64,000 nt of DNA from Moniliella sp. 'wahieum' (taxonomy: Eukaryota). The stretch covers positions 310,001 to 374,000 of the forward strand of contig RSEE01000016.1 of assembly GCA_003971905.1 (NCBI GenBank). Direction: 5' to 3'. Positions 37,494 through 51,036 of the stretch are shown in pieces; position 1 is the stretch's first letter; every line of letters starts with the position of its first letter. A program made the translations under genes and the position numbers. The notes beneath the pieces are model-generated. The model had not been told where the DNA came from. It ran no database searches and saw nothing but the letters and a program-made list of their open reading frames with translations.

Positions 37494-38729
37494 GGACGGG
37501 TGCGTTCCACGCGCTCTATTTGTGCGCATTGCATGCCTTTGGGCTCCCGCCTGCATGCTTATTCTTTGACTCTCTCTGTGTTCCCTCTTCAAGAAGAGGG
37601 TGCGGGTGGGAGCATGCTCGTTTAATTCACGTACTCCTTCGCGTGTTCGCACTCCTTCACAGTGTGAACAGCGTCTTTCATGCGAAGGTGAATGTGTTCC
37701 GCCACGTCGCAACCTTTGACTGTTCTCACTCATCACGCCTTTCATCGTGCTTGCCAGTCCTGTAGCCGGTGGCTATTCCTGTATGACTCGTTACAGACCA
37801 TATTCGCCTTTGTGGTGAGGTTCGGTCTCCAATGGTCTGCATCTCACATATAGACTAGCGTTTTCAAGGTTCTGTACGCACCGCCCATCTGCTTTCACTG
37901 TCGCACCCGAGCATGGAGATGAAGCCGCAAACCACTGCCCGTAGATCAGCCTCCGCAAATTTGGCTGATTCACTCGAATTTTGGGACCTCTGGCGCTGCA
38001 TATGGACAAGGAAGGGAGGAAGTATCGACCACGCGTTCACTCTTAGTTCACAGCATACTACTACTGCCTTCCGTAGATCAACAGTGAGGTCATCACGCCT
38101 CTCGGCACCCTATGTTTGCTCGAGTTTGTTACCCGGCGGATGGCTTCATCGGCTGGCACCTGAACTCTGAACACCGATACTATTATACTCTTCCTCGCTC
38201 AAATTTATCCCCAGTGGGCTCCAGACCACCGGACGCGTCAATCACCCTCGACCACGTATAGCCAGCCACCCTTCCGTTAATCTCATAGTTTTGCCCAGGA
38301 TCGCTACGCCGGCACCCATCCGTCCTCAATCTCAAGACAACAACTTGCGCAGGAAGTTCGCCTGGGTCAAAGCGTTTGTGTCAGTTGTTCGCTGTTCTAC
38401 CAGGGCGCATGCCACCCTCCAAGACTGCCTTGTTGAACTTCAATGCAGTATCCAGTGAAAATAAGATTGGGGAAGGGGAATACGACCTTTATCTCCCGTG
38501 CACTCATCTCACCCCATGCGAATGCCCTCATCCCTCGGGCCTGGGCTTCCCCCACCAGAACCACATGCTTCCCAGCACTAAATGCGGGTTGCGAGCATGT
38601 TCTCTGGACCTCGTAGGTTACCTGCCGGGAACCTGTCCGCTGATAATGTTTGTGAGTCGACGTGGTATGCAGCTGCCGAAGCAAATGGAACGAGTTGCAT
38701 GAAATGGAATGGGAGAATGGACAAGCGGA

Positions 38730-39407
38730 TCATTCGGTGGCTGGTATTGGGGTTGTTTGAAGTGCGGTACCGAACCATTGGAGAGGAAGTAGCTGCAAAC
38801 AGGGGATGGTGTGAGTAACAACTAATGAATCGCACACAGCAAGGAGACCGACCCACCCTAGCTACTACACGTCCCGCACGAGCCCCATGGGTACCGGGCC
38901 ATAGTGCCGCGAATCGGTCGAGTTGTTGATTGTCGCCGGCGAGCCAGACATGACCGCGAGGAACGGTGACCATGGGCGATTGCTCGTCACGCGGGTCGGA
39001 CTGGAGGGTTCGTCCCTGGCAGGCCCAGCACGCGCTTGCACAACGGCCCGGGCTGGGTTGGTAGGCGAGATGGCGACGACTAGCTCGCCCAGTTCGAGGT
39101 CAAGGGTGTTGCGGACTTTTCGAGCGTACGCTTGGCGTGCCAACTCGGCCGCGTCCGGCTCGCTCGAGTTAACCATAGCGACGAGGGCGCGGTACTGCTC
39201 ACGAAGACTGCGAGGGCGTTGTACACGGGGAACTTGACGCACACCACCATCTCGCCCGAGGGCGACATGGTGGGCACCATGCTGCTGCCAACCGTGATGC
39301 GGGCGTCGGCAATGGGGTGGTGAAGAGATGGGCAGCGGCCATGAGCTGGACGGCTGCCACCGACACATGGCCGGCTGTCGGAGGAAGCTGACGGAGAGGA
39401 CGGCCAT
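38730..39407 (-). CDS. IMP1: Mitochondrial inner membrane peptidase subunit 1 (S26)
   Basis: GSSMVPT (catalytic Ser), SPTNPARAV-CKRVLGLPG (Lys, across a frameshift), VPRGHVWLAGDN, STDSRHYGPVPMGLV. 3' intron ~38858-38793. Confidence 0.85.
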
Positions 39408-39750
39408 GGCGGGGGGGGGGATGGGGGCGCGACGGACAGCAGGGGAGAGACGCGGGATGGGCGGCACGTGAGAGGCAGCGGCTGGCGTCCCAACCAGCGC
39501 CAGCGGTTGATTGACTACCTGGCTGCGGCCCACCCCAGCACTGGCAAGTGGCGCGGCAGCGGAACTGCGGCCGGCAACATTGAAACCAAGAAGTTTTAAT
39601 TAGCAGCAGACAATTTTGCTGGCCACCACCACACCAACCCCCCCGGCCCCGTCGCAGCCAGAGGCGAGCCAGGCCGAGCGAGATGCTGCCTCTCCGCCTG
39701 CGCCTGTTCCGGCAGGCGGGAGGAGTCCCCTCCGCCCACTGTCTGCTGCC

Positions 39751-42700
39751 ATGTCTGTCCGCACACTCGCCGCCAGCAGCCGTCTGCTGCCTCGGCCACG
39801 CAGCAGCAGCGGCAGCAGCAGCTGGCCCCGCAACCACCTGTGTCCGCGTCGTCTCCACCGCCTTCCTCCCCTCCCCTTCTCGCATTCCCATGTCTGCATC
39901 GGGCACGCAGGCGACGCTCCGCCTTCTGTGAGTGTTCAATGCCCATTTCTCTGTGCCTGTGTAGCCACATTCATTAACAAGCCCCCGCACCCAGTCCTAC
40001 GTCTTACATCGTCCTATCACTCGCCGCCCGCCTATGGGTCCCCAAGCACCTCTGGGGCCCCGAAAAACCAATAAACCCCGCCCCTTTATCAGCCACAAAT
40101 TCTTAGACCGCCAAAGTGACAAGCTGCGAGCCCTTCTTCCTCCACGTGGCACCGCAGTGCCTTCACTCGAATCGCCGTCCAAGTCGGTTGCTCACGAAAG
40201 CAGCGAGTCGGACGAGGGCCCCAGCCGCACTACCCGGAAATGGGAGAGCTATATGACCTCAGTTTTCATACCCGGCAATTAGTTATCCGCAGCAAGATTG
40301 AGCGTCTAAAGCCGCAGGACGTTTTGGACGCCCTGTGTGGCCCTGGGCACCTAGGTGATATGTCACGCCTGGATCTGTACATTCTTCTTCGCATATATGC
40401 TTCCAACGGTTCGATCAACCTTTCGGGTGTTGACATTGAGGTGTGGCACAATGTGCTTCGTGAGATTGTTGCAGGCAACAACCTCAACCTCCTCAAGCTC
40501 TTCTTGTGCGACATTGACTCATCGTCCGCCGCCTGGCTGTTTGAAACAACCAGGGTCTTTCCTCCTGGGAGTTAATCGACAAGGTGCGCCTGATGCGGAA
40601 AAGGCATCGCCCACAAACCCCAATTCCCACTTTGACCACCCTCGATCTTCTCCGGCCACTTCACATCCAAGGTGGTCACTTTGGAGCACAGCCTGATTCG
40701 GATGCGTATATGACGCTCTCGGTTTTGTCGTTCGTGAAGCGGTCATGCCATCGCAGCACTCTGAATCCGAAGGGGACCAAAAACTCTTCACCCCCAACTT
40801 GGTAGCCCAGGTTCTTCGGATGTTGATCAAAGTTGATCGGATTCAAGCGGGACTAACGCCCGAAGAGGTGCCCCATTCCATCCTCGAGCCGTGGCTTCTC
40901 TTCCCCCAGTACCGATGCGGCGACTCTTTAATCTCTTGATCCGTTCCGACGAGACGGATGTCGACCTATTTTACCTCGTCGATGGTCTTCGTCGGAAATT
41001 AGGTACTTTATTTCCCTCTGGGAATAGGAGGACACCCACGTTCCCTTCCCTGCAGGAAGGTACCGACTTGCTACTATACTACATGAACCCGGCCGTCTTC
41101 CTTCGAGCATCGCATCATGCACGGGTCCTTGAACACGAGGCGGAGCAACCCGAATCTGTGGACACTTTCGATACCGAAAAGCGACGACCGCGGGCCAAGC
41201 CTCCTCAGAAAGTGCCTGAATCTGACTCTCTGTCCCAATCGCTCGAGAACCAACGGCAAATCCAGATGGTTAGCTCAGTGCTGAAAGTGTTCCGGAATGT
41301 CCTCGCTACTGGTGCCACGGATCATGTGTCCCAGGAGATGAGCGATAAGATCATGGACCTGGCCTCGGCCGATGCCGATGCGTTGGTCCCCTGGTTGCGC
41401 ATCGAAGTTGTGCGCAAACTTTCGGACCGCGTTCGTGGCACCACAGGACCCACCCTAGATCAGATGGAGACCATCAAGTTCCGTCTGATGGTGCGCTGTG
41501 CCTGCTTGCGTCTTCTTCTCTGCACTGAGGACTCTGAAGCTTCAACTCGCAATCTACTTTGCTAGCGGACGATCTGTTCTGGATGCGGCGTACGTTGGAG
41601 AAGATTGTTACCCCCGGGGATGATCCTCCTGGTCCACCCCAGGAGGAAGTGGACGCATACGAGCACCTGCTGGCTGAAGTTCTTCCGCAACAGATTGCTC
41701 TCTCGCCAAACATCCAACGCCTCCAGCGGTGCAAAACTTCATGGCCGCGCTGGATTGGATCCCACGCAGACACATTTACCTTATTCCCACCGAGTTTGCT
41801 CACGCCTTGCTCCGCTCCTTGCTCAACGCTGGCCACGCTGAGGCTGCCGCAAGGTTCGTCGCGGCCTGGACGGGTCTCAATGCGCGAGGGGAATATGAGC
41901 CTGACAGAGACTCGTACGCGGTAGACTTGGCGCAGAAGTCTCTGCCCGAAGATGACGCTGTTAACCTAATCCGGGCGGCCAATACGACTCTGAATGTCAG
42001 TATGACACGCAAGCTTGCCAGCACCTTCCGATTGGCACGATATCCCGGTCGCCGGTCGTTCGACTTGCTTCTGACCCATCTTGGTTTGTATAAACTTAAA
42101 TGGTCCCACTCCGGGGCCGGACGGTCCATCCACGCCATCGAGACGATGGCCAGCTTTACTGCTGCTGAGAACGCGCTTGCTCTCGCCAACACGGAGGCGC
42201 GGCGGCGGTCGAATCCTCACACGGAATTGGTCGAGCGCATGTACCGCATGTACCTGAACAAGACCTTTGGCCGGTCATGTGTGCCAGAAAGCTGTCTTCC
42301 TCGATTCCGACCGACGACCTGGTCAGCCTCTTCAACACGGCCCTGTTGCTACGGGAATATGACGATGCGTTTCAATGCGCCGAGCATCTGCGCCAGCGCC
42401 GTCCCATTGCCTACCAACTCGATTGCTTTGAATTTTCCAGGACTTTGCCCGGTCGAGCCCAGATGATGCGAGCGAGGCCGTGTCGCTTCTGGCCAAGGAA
42501 AAACACTCCGGCTCTCCCAGCTACTGCCAGGCTTGACCGACATTCTCCCACCCCGTATCTCCACTGTAGCTGCGGCCAACATTGTGGAAAATGTCTTCCA
42601 CACCCTTTGGGCCCGGCGGTACTATGCGGCGGCTTCAAATCTGGCCGAGGAGGCAGCCAAAGTGCAACTGGGCATCGAGCTGGGCGCGCATCCGTATATG

Positions 42701-43755
42701 CGCTGATGACCATAGCAAGTCGATGCCTGCGCGCCAGTTTGCCCACTTTGCTCGCTACCATCTCGATGAGGGCGACGTGGAGTACTTTGCCGGTGTGCTG
42801 ATCCACATCTCGCGCTGGTGGGCACGAGGCCAGTCGATCCAATCCATTCTCAAAAGCACCCGTGCTGGCGCGTCCGAGTGGGGCGCCTTCTTCCTCGCGT
42901 ACCCATGGCGCGAGCTCGTTGGTCCTACCTACTGGATCACCAAGCTTCTCCCTGCCATCTCCCTCTTCCGTACCGTCTTTATCTCGGGCCAAACCGTCGA
43001 GTACCGCAACTGCGCTCTGCTCGTCAAGCGCATCCGCCAAATGGCCGACATGGCCCAAAGCAGAGAGGAACGGGACTTTTGGAGCCTTCAACTGTGGAAG
43101 GTGATGGGTGCTTGCTGCTGGCCCGACGCGGCGTGCCGTACATGCACTTGATTTCCATGCTTGGCAAATTCCGTACCTCGATGCTCACAAGCTGCAGAGC
43201 ATGGCCTCCGACCATCTCTCGCCTGCCGAGGCCGGGGTTGATCGCGTGATTGACGATGCGAATCGGGAGGTGGTGCAGACGGCGCGTCGCTCTCGCCATA
43301 CATCTGGCTCCTCTTCCGTTTCGGCCACCTCGATGGCGCTCTCATCATCCCAATGGCGCTCCCACAAGCACGGTCAGGAGTTGCAGAGCCTGGCCGCGTT
43401 CCAACTGCCCATCCCGCCGCGGCCCTTGGTCGCCCACGATGAGCAAGGCCTAGGACCGGTGTACCAGGGCAGCTTTGTCGGGCCCTTCCGCGCGCCCTTT
43501 GTCATCCTCTCCCACGCGGCCCAAGGGTTTGGCACGCTGGGCGCCTACGAACGGATGCAGTGCACCCTCAATGTCATCCACTCGTACGGTCTCAACCCAG
43601 TCAAAACCGAAGCACGTGCCAACGCGCTGTACCAGCAATCGCGCAAGGGCGTGCCGCGCTGGGACCAAAACGAGCGCAAGCTCCACCACATCTTTCCCCG
43701 CTACTCTGGGAAGCTACCGGCGCAGTCGGACGAGCCACCTTCGTCGGGGCCCTGA
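39751..43755 (+). CDS. Large helical hypothetical protein, possibly mitochondrial (PPR-like); frameshifted
   Basis: Continuous relay of plus-strand ORFs (40034, 40240, 40891, 41729, 42582, 43108) with helical character and an Arg/Ser-rich N-terminus like a presequence. No diagnostic motif. Confidence 0.5.
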
Positions 43756-44042
43756 CCGCTTCACCTCCCTTCGCCTACTTCCGCATGCATGCTTACCCTT
43801 CCTTCTGCCTCCTCAAGCGTGCTTGGTCATAGTCCCCGCCCTACTCTCCTAGCCATGGTAGACAGGAATGGGGCAAGCATCCTACGCAGTAGGAACGTAA
43901 AACGGCACCTGCCATTCATTGGCGCGAGAGCCGTGAGCACTGTAGACCCCCCCGCCCCGCTGCCTATCACATCCACTGGGTCCCTGCCCCGCCTATCTCC
44001 TTTCCATCTCGCATAGACCATGGGATCATCGATAATACAAGC

Positions 44043-47000
44043 CTAGTTCTGCAGAAAGCTCTCGAGCGAAGTCGCAAACCAAGAATCAAAGCCGGGCGAG
44101 CCAACGCCGGCGTTGGACGCAAAGCTAGCCCGACGCGAGGAGGGCGTAAACGGATCAAAAGGACCGGCGGCCGCGACGGCGGCCCGCGATGGTGTCATGG
44201 GCGTCTCTTGTCGTGCAGGCAGCGGCGTGCTGACAGGAGAGCCGGTCCCGCCGCCCACCAGGCCAAATACCGAGCCCATCGATCCGATCGACCCGACGAC
44301 GACAAACGCCGTGCCCGCTCCTCTGGGTTCGGCGGATCCGTGGATTCGGCCCGGGTCGCCCCAGGCGCCGGAGAAGGAAGGAGGGTGCCGGTCAAGACCG
44401 GCGCCCCGCCCGCATAGCGCGACCAATAACTCTCTTGTTCCATCGGGTCGTGATCCGGCTCAGATGTCTCGACCGGGGCAGCAGTCGGGTCGGTAGGGCC
44501 GACGGGACCGGCAGAGTTGATTCCGTCTTGGGACAGAACCCAAGCCCAAAAGGAATTGAGGCCTGTCCCCTGGTCCGTGGAAGGATCAGCCGGAACGGAA
44601 GGTTTGGTAGGCGCAGGAGGTGGAAGGAGCGGGTCCTGCACAGGAACATGAGGTCGGTACGGGCAATGGGATGGGGTCCAACGCCATATCCTCTTTGCCT
44701 TAGATGGTGCATTGGACACGCTTTCAAACGACGAGATGGGGCTTGTATTGGACCCGCTCGAGTACGAAGCGAGGAAGAGGGCAAATCGAACATGCCATCG
44801 CTCTGCCCTGTCGGAAGTGTTCCATTGGGTGCTACCGGGGGTGGGTCGACGTGAGGTGGGCCAAGGAGGTAAGGGAAGTCCCCCGCTGGTGGGAATCCGG
44901 CGGCTGGAGCTGCCGAGCCATGGACCGACCCCGGTGCCGTTTCGCTCGGAGCACGGGGCGGGGAGGCTGGAGCAGGGCGCGGCGCATGGTCGTTCCCACC
45001 GCATGCTTGATCTTGACAGCAAGGGAGAGTACATTTCTTGGACTTGTATGAGACGTCGAAGATGAAGTTGGGTTAGTACTGCGCTGTGTCCATTGGGTTT
45101 CTTCTTCCTCCAACATGGCTTGAAGGACGGATGGAGCGGGTCACATAGGGTGCGGTGTGCCGTATCGCAGAGAGCGAATCGACAGCTTCAGCCACTTCGC
45201 TGCGTACCCGTAACCGGTCAGCCTCCGATGGGACAGTCGATAGCAAGTCAAGCATGAGCACAACCGCAGCATTGAACGATTGAATGAGGATGAACCAAAG
45301 ACGATCGACAATGGTCTGAGACTCCCGTAGCTTCTTCTGCATATCCAAAATGGAGGAGCGAGCAGCACGCACGAGTTTCGACTCGCCACATGGGTGAATA
45401 GGGTGACGCGATGGAGACGCAAGAGCTTGCTAAACACGGCTTGATGGAGCAACCAACGTTGGACTTCCATGTCCGTCCCGGCTCCTTCTCGGCACCAACA
45501 CTGAAAAACTTAGGGGCTGTGTCAAGAATGGAGCGGTAGGAGGCATCAAGGTAGCGCGTGTCTTGGCACGCAAGTCGCCGCCGGCTCCCGTCTCGAGACA
45601 TTTCCATATCATGCTGGTTACGCAAGTCCGTGTCTTCCCGACACAGCAGCAATCATGAGCTTGGATAAAACGAAACTCATCTCGGTGTGTTCGTCCATAG
45701 CATGGGGCGGAGCGAGCGTATCTTGACACAGGTCCAAATCATTGTAGTTGCCTGGATAGGGTGGGTTGAACTCGCCCAGGTGGATACTGTAGGCCCCCGT
45801 ATTCTCGCTTGCGCACCAGTCTCGCCAGACAAGTGTCCACCAGATTCGACGATACACTTCACGGAGAATGGTTGTGCCTCTAGGCTCCCGGTTGAGGGAG
45901 ACGATGGGCATCACCGAGGCGGTGGAGCCCCATAGCTTGAGCATTGGCAATGGCAATATGCAGCAGTGTCGATTGTGTTTGGTCGGACTCGGCCGAGTAT
46001 AGCTCAGAAAGGAGGATTGCTTGAAGAACCGACAGCGACCGGGAGGACATGTAACCTGCCAACACCAGAACCGATCGATACGCGCTGTACCAGAGGTGGA
46101 TCGTGCGGCCATCAAAGAGGTAGTCAATGTCGGCATACTCCGCGGGCGGGCGGCTGGATAAAACTGAAGCCCCAATACGAGCCTGTGAGCAACAAAGCCA
46201 GCCAGCCCGGGTCAACGTGGTTGAGTACCTTGGCTTGCTCTTCGACAGAGGGGAACTCATAGAAACGTTCGATCTCCCCAATGAGAGAAGGAACATGAAC
46301 CACATGGCCCGTAAGGTAGTAGACACGAGTGCGATATACATCGACCAATTGTAATGTCACGTCTTTGGGCGGCAACGTACGGATGATCCCACGCAAGACC
46401 GCCTCTCTTTCAGGTGCGCCTGGACAGCCAAACCCATTCCCGATCGAATGGAACTCACCAGCTGCTTCAGCCGCACCAAACGCCCAGCCCAGCCCCAGCC
46501 CAGCGAAAGCGTATCAGGACCCTGCTTGAGCCGGAAAAGACCAGTGTTGGAGCAGGCGATCCTGCAGGACGTAGTGTACGATCCACACACACGCTCATTG
46601 GCTGGGGTTCCTTCGCTTGCATCCGCCTCAGACATGTTTGTATCCTCAGCCTTGTCTGCAGACTCACTTGGTTCATGCGGACGTTTCTGCGCTTCCAGAC
46701 AGGGGCCGAAAGAATCAATCCGTCGAGGATCAAGAATGTCGGTTCGAGCAACCTCGTCCTTGGGTTCCTCATCATTTGCCGGGCAATTTGTTTCGGCCTG
46801 AATGGGAGAGGAGGGCGAGCCAGAGGCGCGATCGACATTCTCACCACCGTTCATCGGGTGCTGGGCAGACATGCGGCCACTTGAGCGAGAGCCCAAGTCA
46901 GGCCGAGTTTGCTTGGAACCACTCATGGCCAATCCCTCAAGCACCGCCGCAGCATCTTCCGCTTCGGTGCCAATGTCAAGGTGGATCGCGCCGTTGGGCA

Positions 47001-48401
47001 TGGTCACAAACGGCACTTCCTCATTGTTAGTGGGCCGTTGACTTGGCTGGCGGCGGCATTTGCGGGGAAAGGATAGCTGGGGCACACTGAGGGCTGAGTC
47101 GTCGATATCAGGGGTCTGAGCGAAGAGGTGGTGCGACAAGGCAGTCGAAACAGGTTGCGTACCACCGCGAAGCGTTTTCATTTCATCCCGCGTCGAGGTC
47201 AGATCGGAGACATCGTACACTGCCCCGACTCGGGCGGTGTCAGATATCGTAGACATCCGGGGGATCGCTGAAAAATTGAAGGAGACCAGCCACGAGAGCC
47301 TGGGGCGGGGGTAGCGGTCGAGGCAGGCCCAGCTGCCGTAGTGGCGGGAGCAGAGTAGGAGCAGGATCGGATGTAGCAACTTGAGTACGAGTACGACCAT
47401 GATCAGGACCAGAACCACGACCACCACCACGACCAGTACCAGGATCAGGAGGAGCGGAAGTAGTAGTAGTAGCAGTGGGGGGCACTCCCTGTCCGGGGGC
47501 AAGCTGCAACAGGATGTGTTCCAAGTGAGCCAGGCGGGCCTTGACAATAGACAGCTCGTTTCCAGGGTCCGCAGCCGAGGAAGACGGAGGGGCGGCGATG
47601 GCGGCGGGTGAAATCGCAGGCACTGGGGTAGATGTCGATACAGCCATGGGTACAGGAGGTGGGATGGAACCGTTGAGACCAGTCAACCCAGAATGAGGCG
47701 CAGCGGATGAGGGTGTTGTAGAGATGGCCAGGTGGGTCTGGTGGGACGGTACAGAGGCCAACGTAGAACCAGATGCGGAGCGCGACCCGGGACCGGAGAG
47801 CCAATTCGGCGTGGGCGGAAAAGCGGGGTGTGGCAAAGAAGCAGCATCGCCCGACGACGAGCCGCCGACGGACGAGGAACCAGAGGATGAGGGCCGGGGT
47901 TGGCGAGAGCCGGTTGGCAACCTGGGAGTGTCAGAAGCAGCGCGAGGAGCGGAGGGAGCAGATGAGGCACCGCCAGGGCCGCGGCAGCGTCCAACGCAGA
48001 GGTGGAAGATAAGGAGGTAGTACTAGCGCCGGCAGCCTTGTACTTGAATGGTTCAACGTGCAAAAAGCAGACTCGCCACGCTTGATGCATTGGTCGCAGG
48101 GCACGGAGCGAGAACACTTGATCTTGCGCTCGCTGACAGACGACAGGAGTCAGCACTGGGGCCGCAGACAACAGCGGGTGAAGCGGATGGCCGGGCACAG
48201 GCAGGGAGGCACGGATGAAAGAGGGGGCACGGCACATACCGACAGTGGGTGCAGCTCAAGGTCAGACGGTTGCGCTTCTTGGGAGGCAGGCGGCCATCGC
48301 GGTCGTTCGGACGAGCACGGGGGAGGGGGGGAAGCAGCGGCGGCGGCGGCGGAAGTGGCGGCAGCGGCCGGAGGCGACGGCGCGGCGTGTGGGGGCGGCA
48401 T
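44043..48401 (-). CDS. Zn(II)2Cys6 transcription factor with fungal-specific TF domain
   Basis: KKRNRLTLSCTHCR|ERKIKCSRSVPCDQCIKRGESAFC (intron 48239-48133), AEDAAAVLEGLA, AQAMGLHRLG and REVYRRIWWTLVWRDW motifs. Confidence 0.9.
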
Positions 48402-48450
48402 GTCGGCAGCAGCCTGGGTGGTGGGGATGCTGGGGTAAGATGCTGGGCCG

Positions 48451-48546
48451 GACGCTGAGCACGACGCTAAGCACGACGCTAAGCACGACGCTGAGCACGA
48501 CGCTAAGCACGACGCTGGGCACGACGCTGGGCAAGATGCTGGGCAA
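48451..48546. repeat. 12-bp tandem repeat (GACGCTRRGCAM) x8 upstream of the TF start
   Basis: Eight units read directly, drifting from GACGCTGAGCAC/GACGCTAAGCAC to GATGCTGGGCAA. Confidence 0.9.
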
Positions 48547-48917
48547 GAGGAATTTTGTCGGGAGCAGCCACGGCGAACCCCAATCGAGCGCTCGTGCCCA
48601 TCGTCAATAGCCGCGGCCAAGCTTTCAAATAGCTATGCTCACCGCTCACCGTTAAACGTTAAATGGCCCCCCGCCAACGCGCCTACGTCACCCATGGTTA
48701 CCTAAGCATCCTGACGGTGACCCCCTTCGCCACCAGCGCCCCGGCGCTTTCCGCCCTTCTCCGCCCCCGCGCTACAGCCGCGGGGATGGCAGCCATCGGA
48801 ACCGGAACCGCCGGACCACCACCCCCAACTACCCCCCGCTCTGCATTGCTCGCTGATCCGTCTGGGCGCGCATTCCATTTTTCATATGGGTCTCTCTGCA
48901 ATGAGACGCATCAGTCT

Positions 48918-50424
48918 TCAAGGCCCAACCACCCCATCAGCCCGCAGTTGGCTAACCTCCTGCGGCGAATAGCCAGCCTCAGCCAACACCTCGTCCGAGT
49001 GTTGCCCCAGCACAGGCGGAGCGCGGGTCGTTGGCATCTTTCCTTCTCCATACGCAACCGCAGGCGAGGCCAGCTTAATCCATCCAGCACGAGGGTGGAA
49101 GACACGGCGCACCACTCCCCGGGCCAAGGCTTGCGGGTGGTGGAAGGTGCCCTCAATTGTACGGATCGGAGCAGCCGGCACAGTATCTTTGCGGAGCTGG
49201 ACCAGCCATTCTTCAGCAGGACGGGTGGTCAAGCGTTCCGTAATGAGCGGGATGAGCTCGGCACGGTGTTTGACCCGAGCTGCATTGGTCGCAAATTTGG
49301 GGTCTTCTCCCCACTCGGGCCGGCCCAGGATGCGAGCCAGACGTCGAAACATCGCATCATTGCCCGCGCCAATCATTAAACTCACATCGGCGGTGGGGAA
49401 CGTTTCGTACGGTACGATGGAAGGATGGGCAGTGCCATGCCGGCTAGCCTCTTGCCCGGCAATCAGATAATTGCTCCCAATGTTGGCAAGGGATGCAACT
49501 TGGGACTCAAAGAGCGACGCATCGATGTGTACCCCCTTACCAGTCTTACTTCTCCCAATCAAGGCTGCCATGACAGCACCGTGGATGTAGAGCCCCGTCG
49601 TCAGATCGGTCAAAGCGACACCCACTTTGACAGGGGGACGGTCTTTCTCTCCCGTGCTAGACAACATCCAAATCCGGTCAATAAACGAAACGCACCAAAC
49701 ACAACGGAGAAGAGAAACGTACATGTGGAACAGGCCAGCGTCAGCGGCCACAATCACGTCGTACCCCGCATCCTGGGCATACGGCCCGCTCTGCCCATAG
49801 CCCGAAATAGAGGCGAAAATGATAGAGGGATTCCACTTTTTCATTTGCTCATACCCCAAACCCAGTTGGCTCAACTTGCCCGGTATGTAATTCTCAACAA
49901 CCACATCGGCTTGACGGACCAGGCGCTCAATCACCTTACGGCCTGCGGGGGACTTGAAGTCAAGCGTCAAGCTACGCTTACCCCGATTGGCGGCAAGAAA
50001 GTAGGCCGACTCGGGGGCAGAGTGGACCAGTACTTTGCCTTGTCAGCAGGCGGTGCCGGGACGTCCTTGGGGTCGGGCAGAGCAAAAGGTGGACCCCAGG
50101 CTCGGGTGTCGTCCCTCCACGAGGGTTCTCCACCTTGACCACGTCCGCACCCAGGTCGGCAAGGAGCATAGTTGAGTACGGGCCGGCTAGCACACGACTC
50201 AGATCTAGTACCTTGATGCCATCGAGAGGCGGAGGGATGGCGGGCGCAGGAAGGGTGGCCCATGGGAAGGCCGGCGCTTGCGGCGCTTGTGCTTCAGCCT
50301 GAAGGGGGAAGGGAGGTGCGGCAGCCTGATGCTGCAGACGGACCAAAGACTGGGTGGGAAGGCGGCAGGGGCCTTGGATGCGCAGGCGGGGATGGAGCAC
50401 GCGGAGAATACTGGGCACGGACAT
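48918..50424 (-). CDS. CoA-transferase family III (CaiB/BaiF; succinate-hydroxymethylglutarate CoA-transferase-like), mitochondrial presequence
   Basis: [61 protein letters not shown] and [13 protein letters not shown] motifs. Intron ~49721-49658. Confidence 0.9.
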
Positions 50425-50673
50425 GGTGGTGGGTGGGTGGGGATGGGGGAGAGGTGGGGTGAGAAGTGGGGTGAGAAGAGGCGGGACTGGGAGGAAATTG
50501 CTGGGGTAATCGGTAAAATCATGGGCGCCGTGCCGAATCGGAGTTACGCGCGTTACGCGTTACGGGTGGTCTTGCTTCGCTTGCAGACCATGGGGGCGTC
50601 GCGGGCTGCAATGTTCACATGCTTACGTGACACTGCCGTAAGAACAGGTGATCGCGCCGACCGGCGTCGGAGG

Positions 50674-50738
50674 GTGACATGTGACATGTGACACGTGCCA
50701 TGTCAGCGTGATGTGGCATGTCACATGTCACATGTCAC
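50674..50738. repeat. Perfect 20-bp inverted repeat in a divergent promoter
   Basis: GTGACATGTGACATGTGACA (50674-50693) and its reverse complement TGTCACATGTCACATGTCAC (50719-50738). Confidence 0.9.
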
Positions 50739-51036
50739 ACGACGTGTCAGCAGCTGAATCAGGCGCGGAATACTGGCGCTGTGCTGCGCTGCGCTGCTCG
50801 CAGCTTGTGTCTGGGATCTGGGCCAGCTCCTCGGGGCACACGCAGGCACCCGGCGGGTCTGGCGGGCTCAATATAGAACGGGCCCTGGCTGATAAGCGCT
50901 CCCTTTTTAAGCACCCAGTCGCTTATCGCTCGCGTGGGCTCCGCAGCCGGCACCAGCAAGGGAACAGGCAGCAGACAAACCCATCCCCCCTTTTCCCTCG
51001 CACGCTGCTCACCATCCCCAACGCGACCACCATCTC

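Noticed and set aside
37790..38700. Lower-GC spacer between YPI1 and IMP1 as a transposon remnant
   Set aside because: No terminal repeats, target-site duplication or transposase/RT motifs are visible.
48451..48546. CRISPR-like array
   Set aside because: These are contiguous 12-bp units without unique spacers, in a eukaryotic context with no cas genes.
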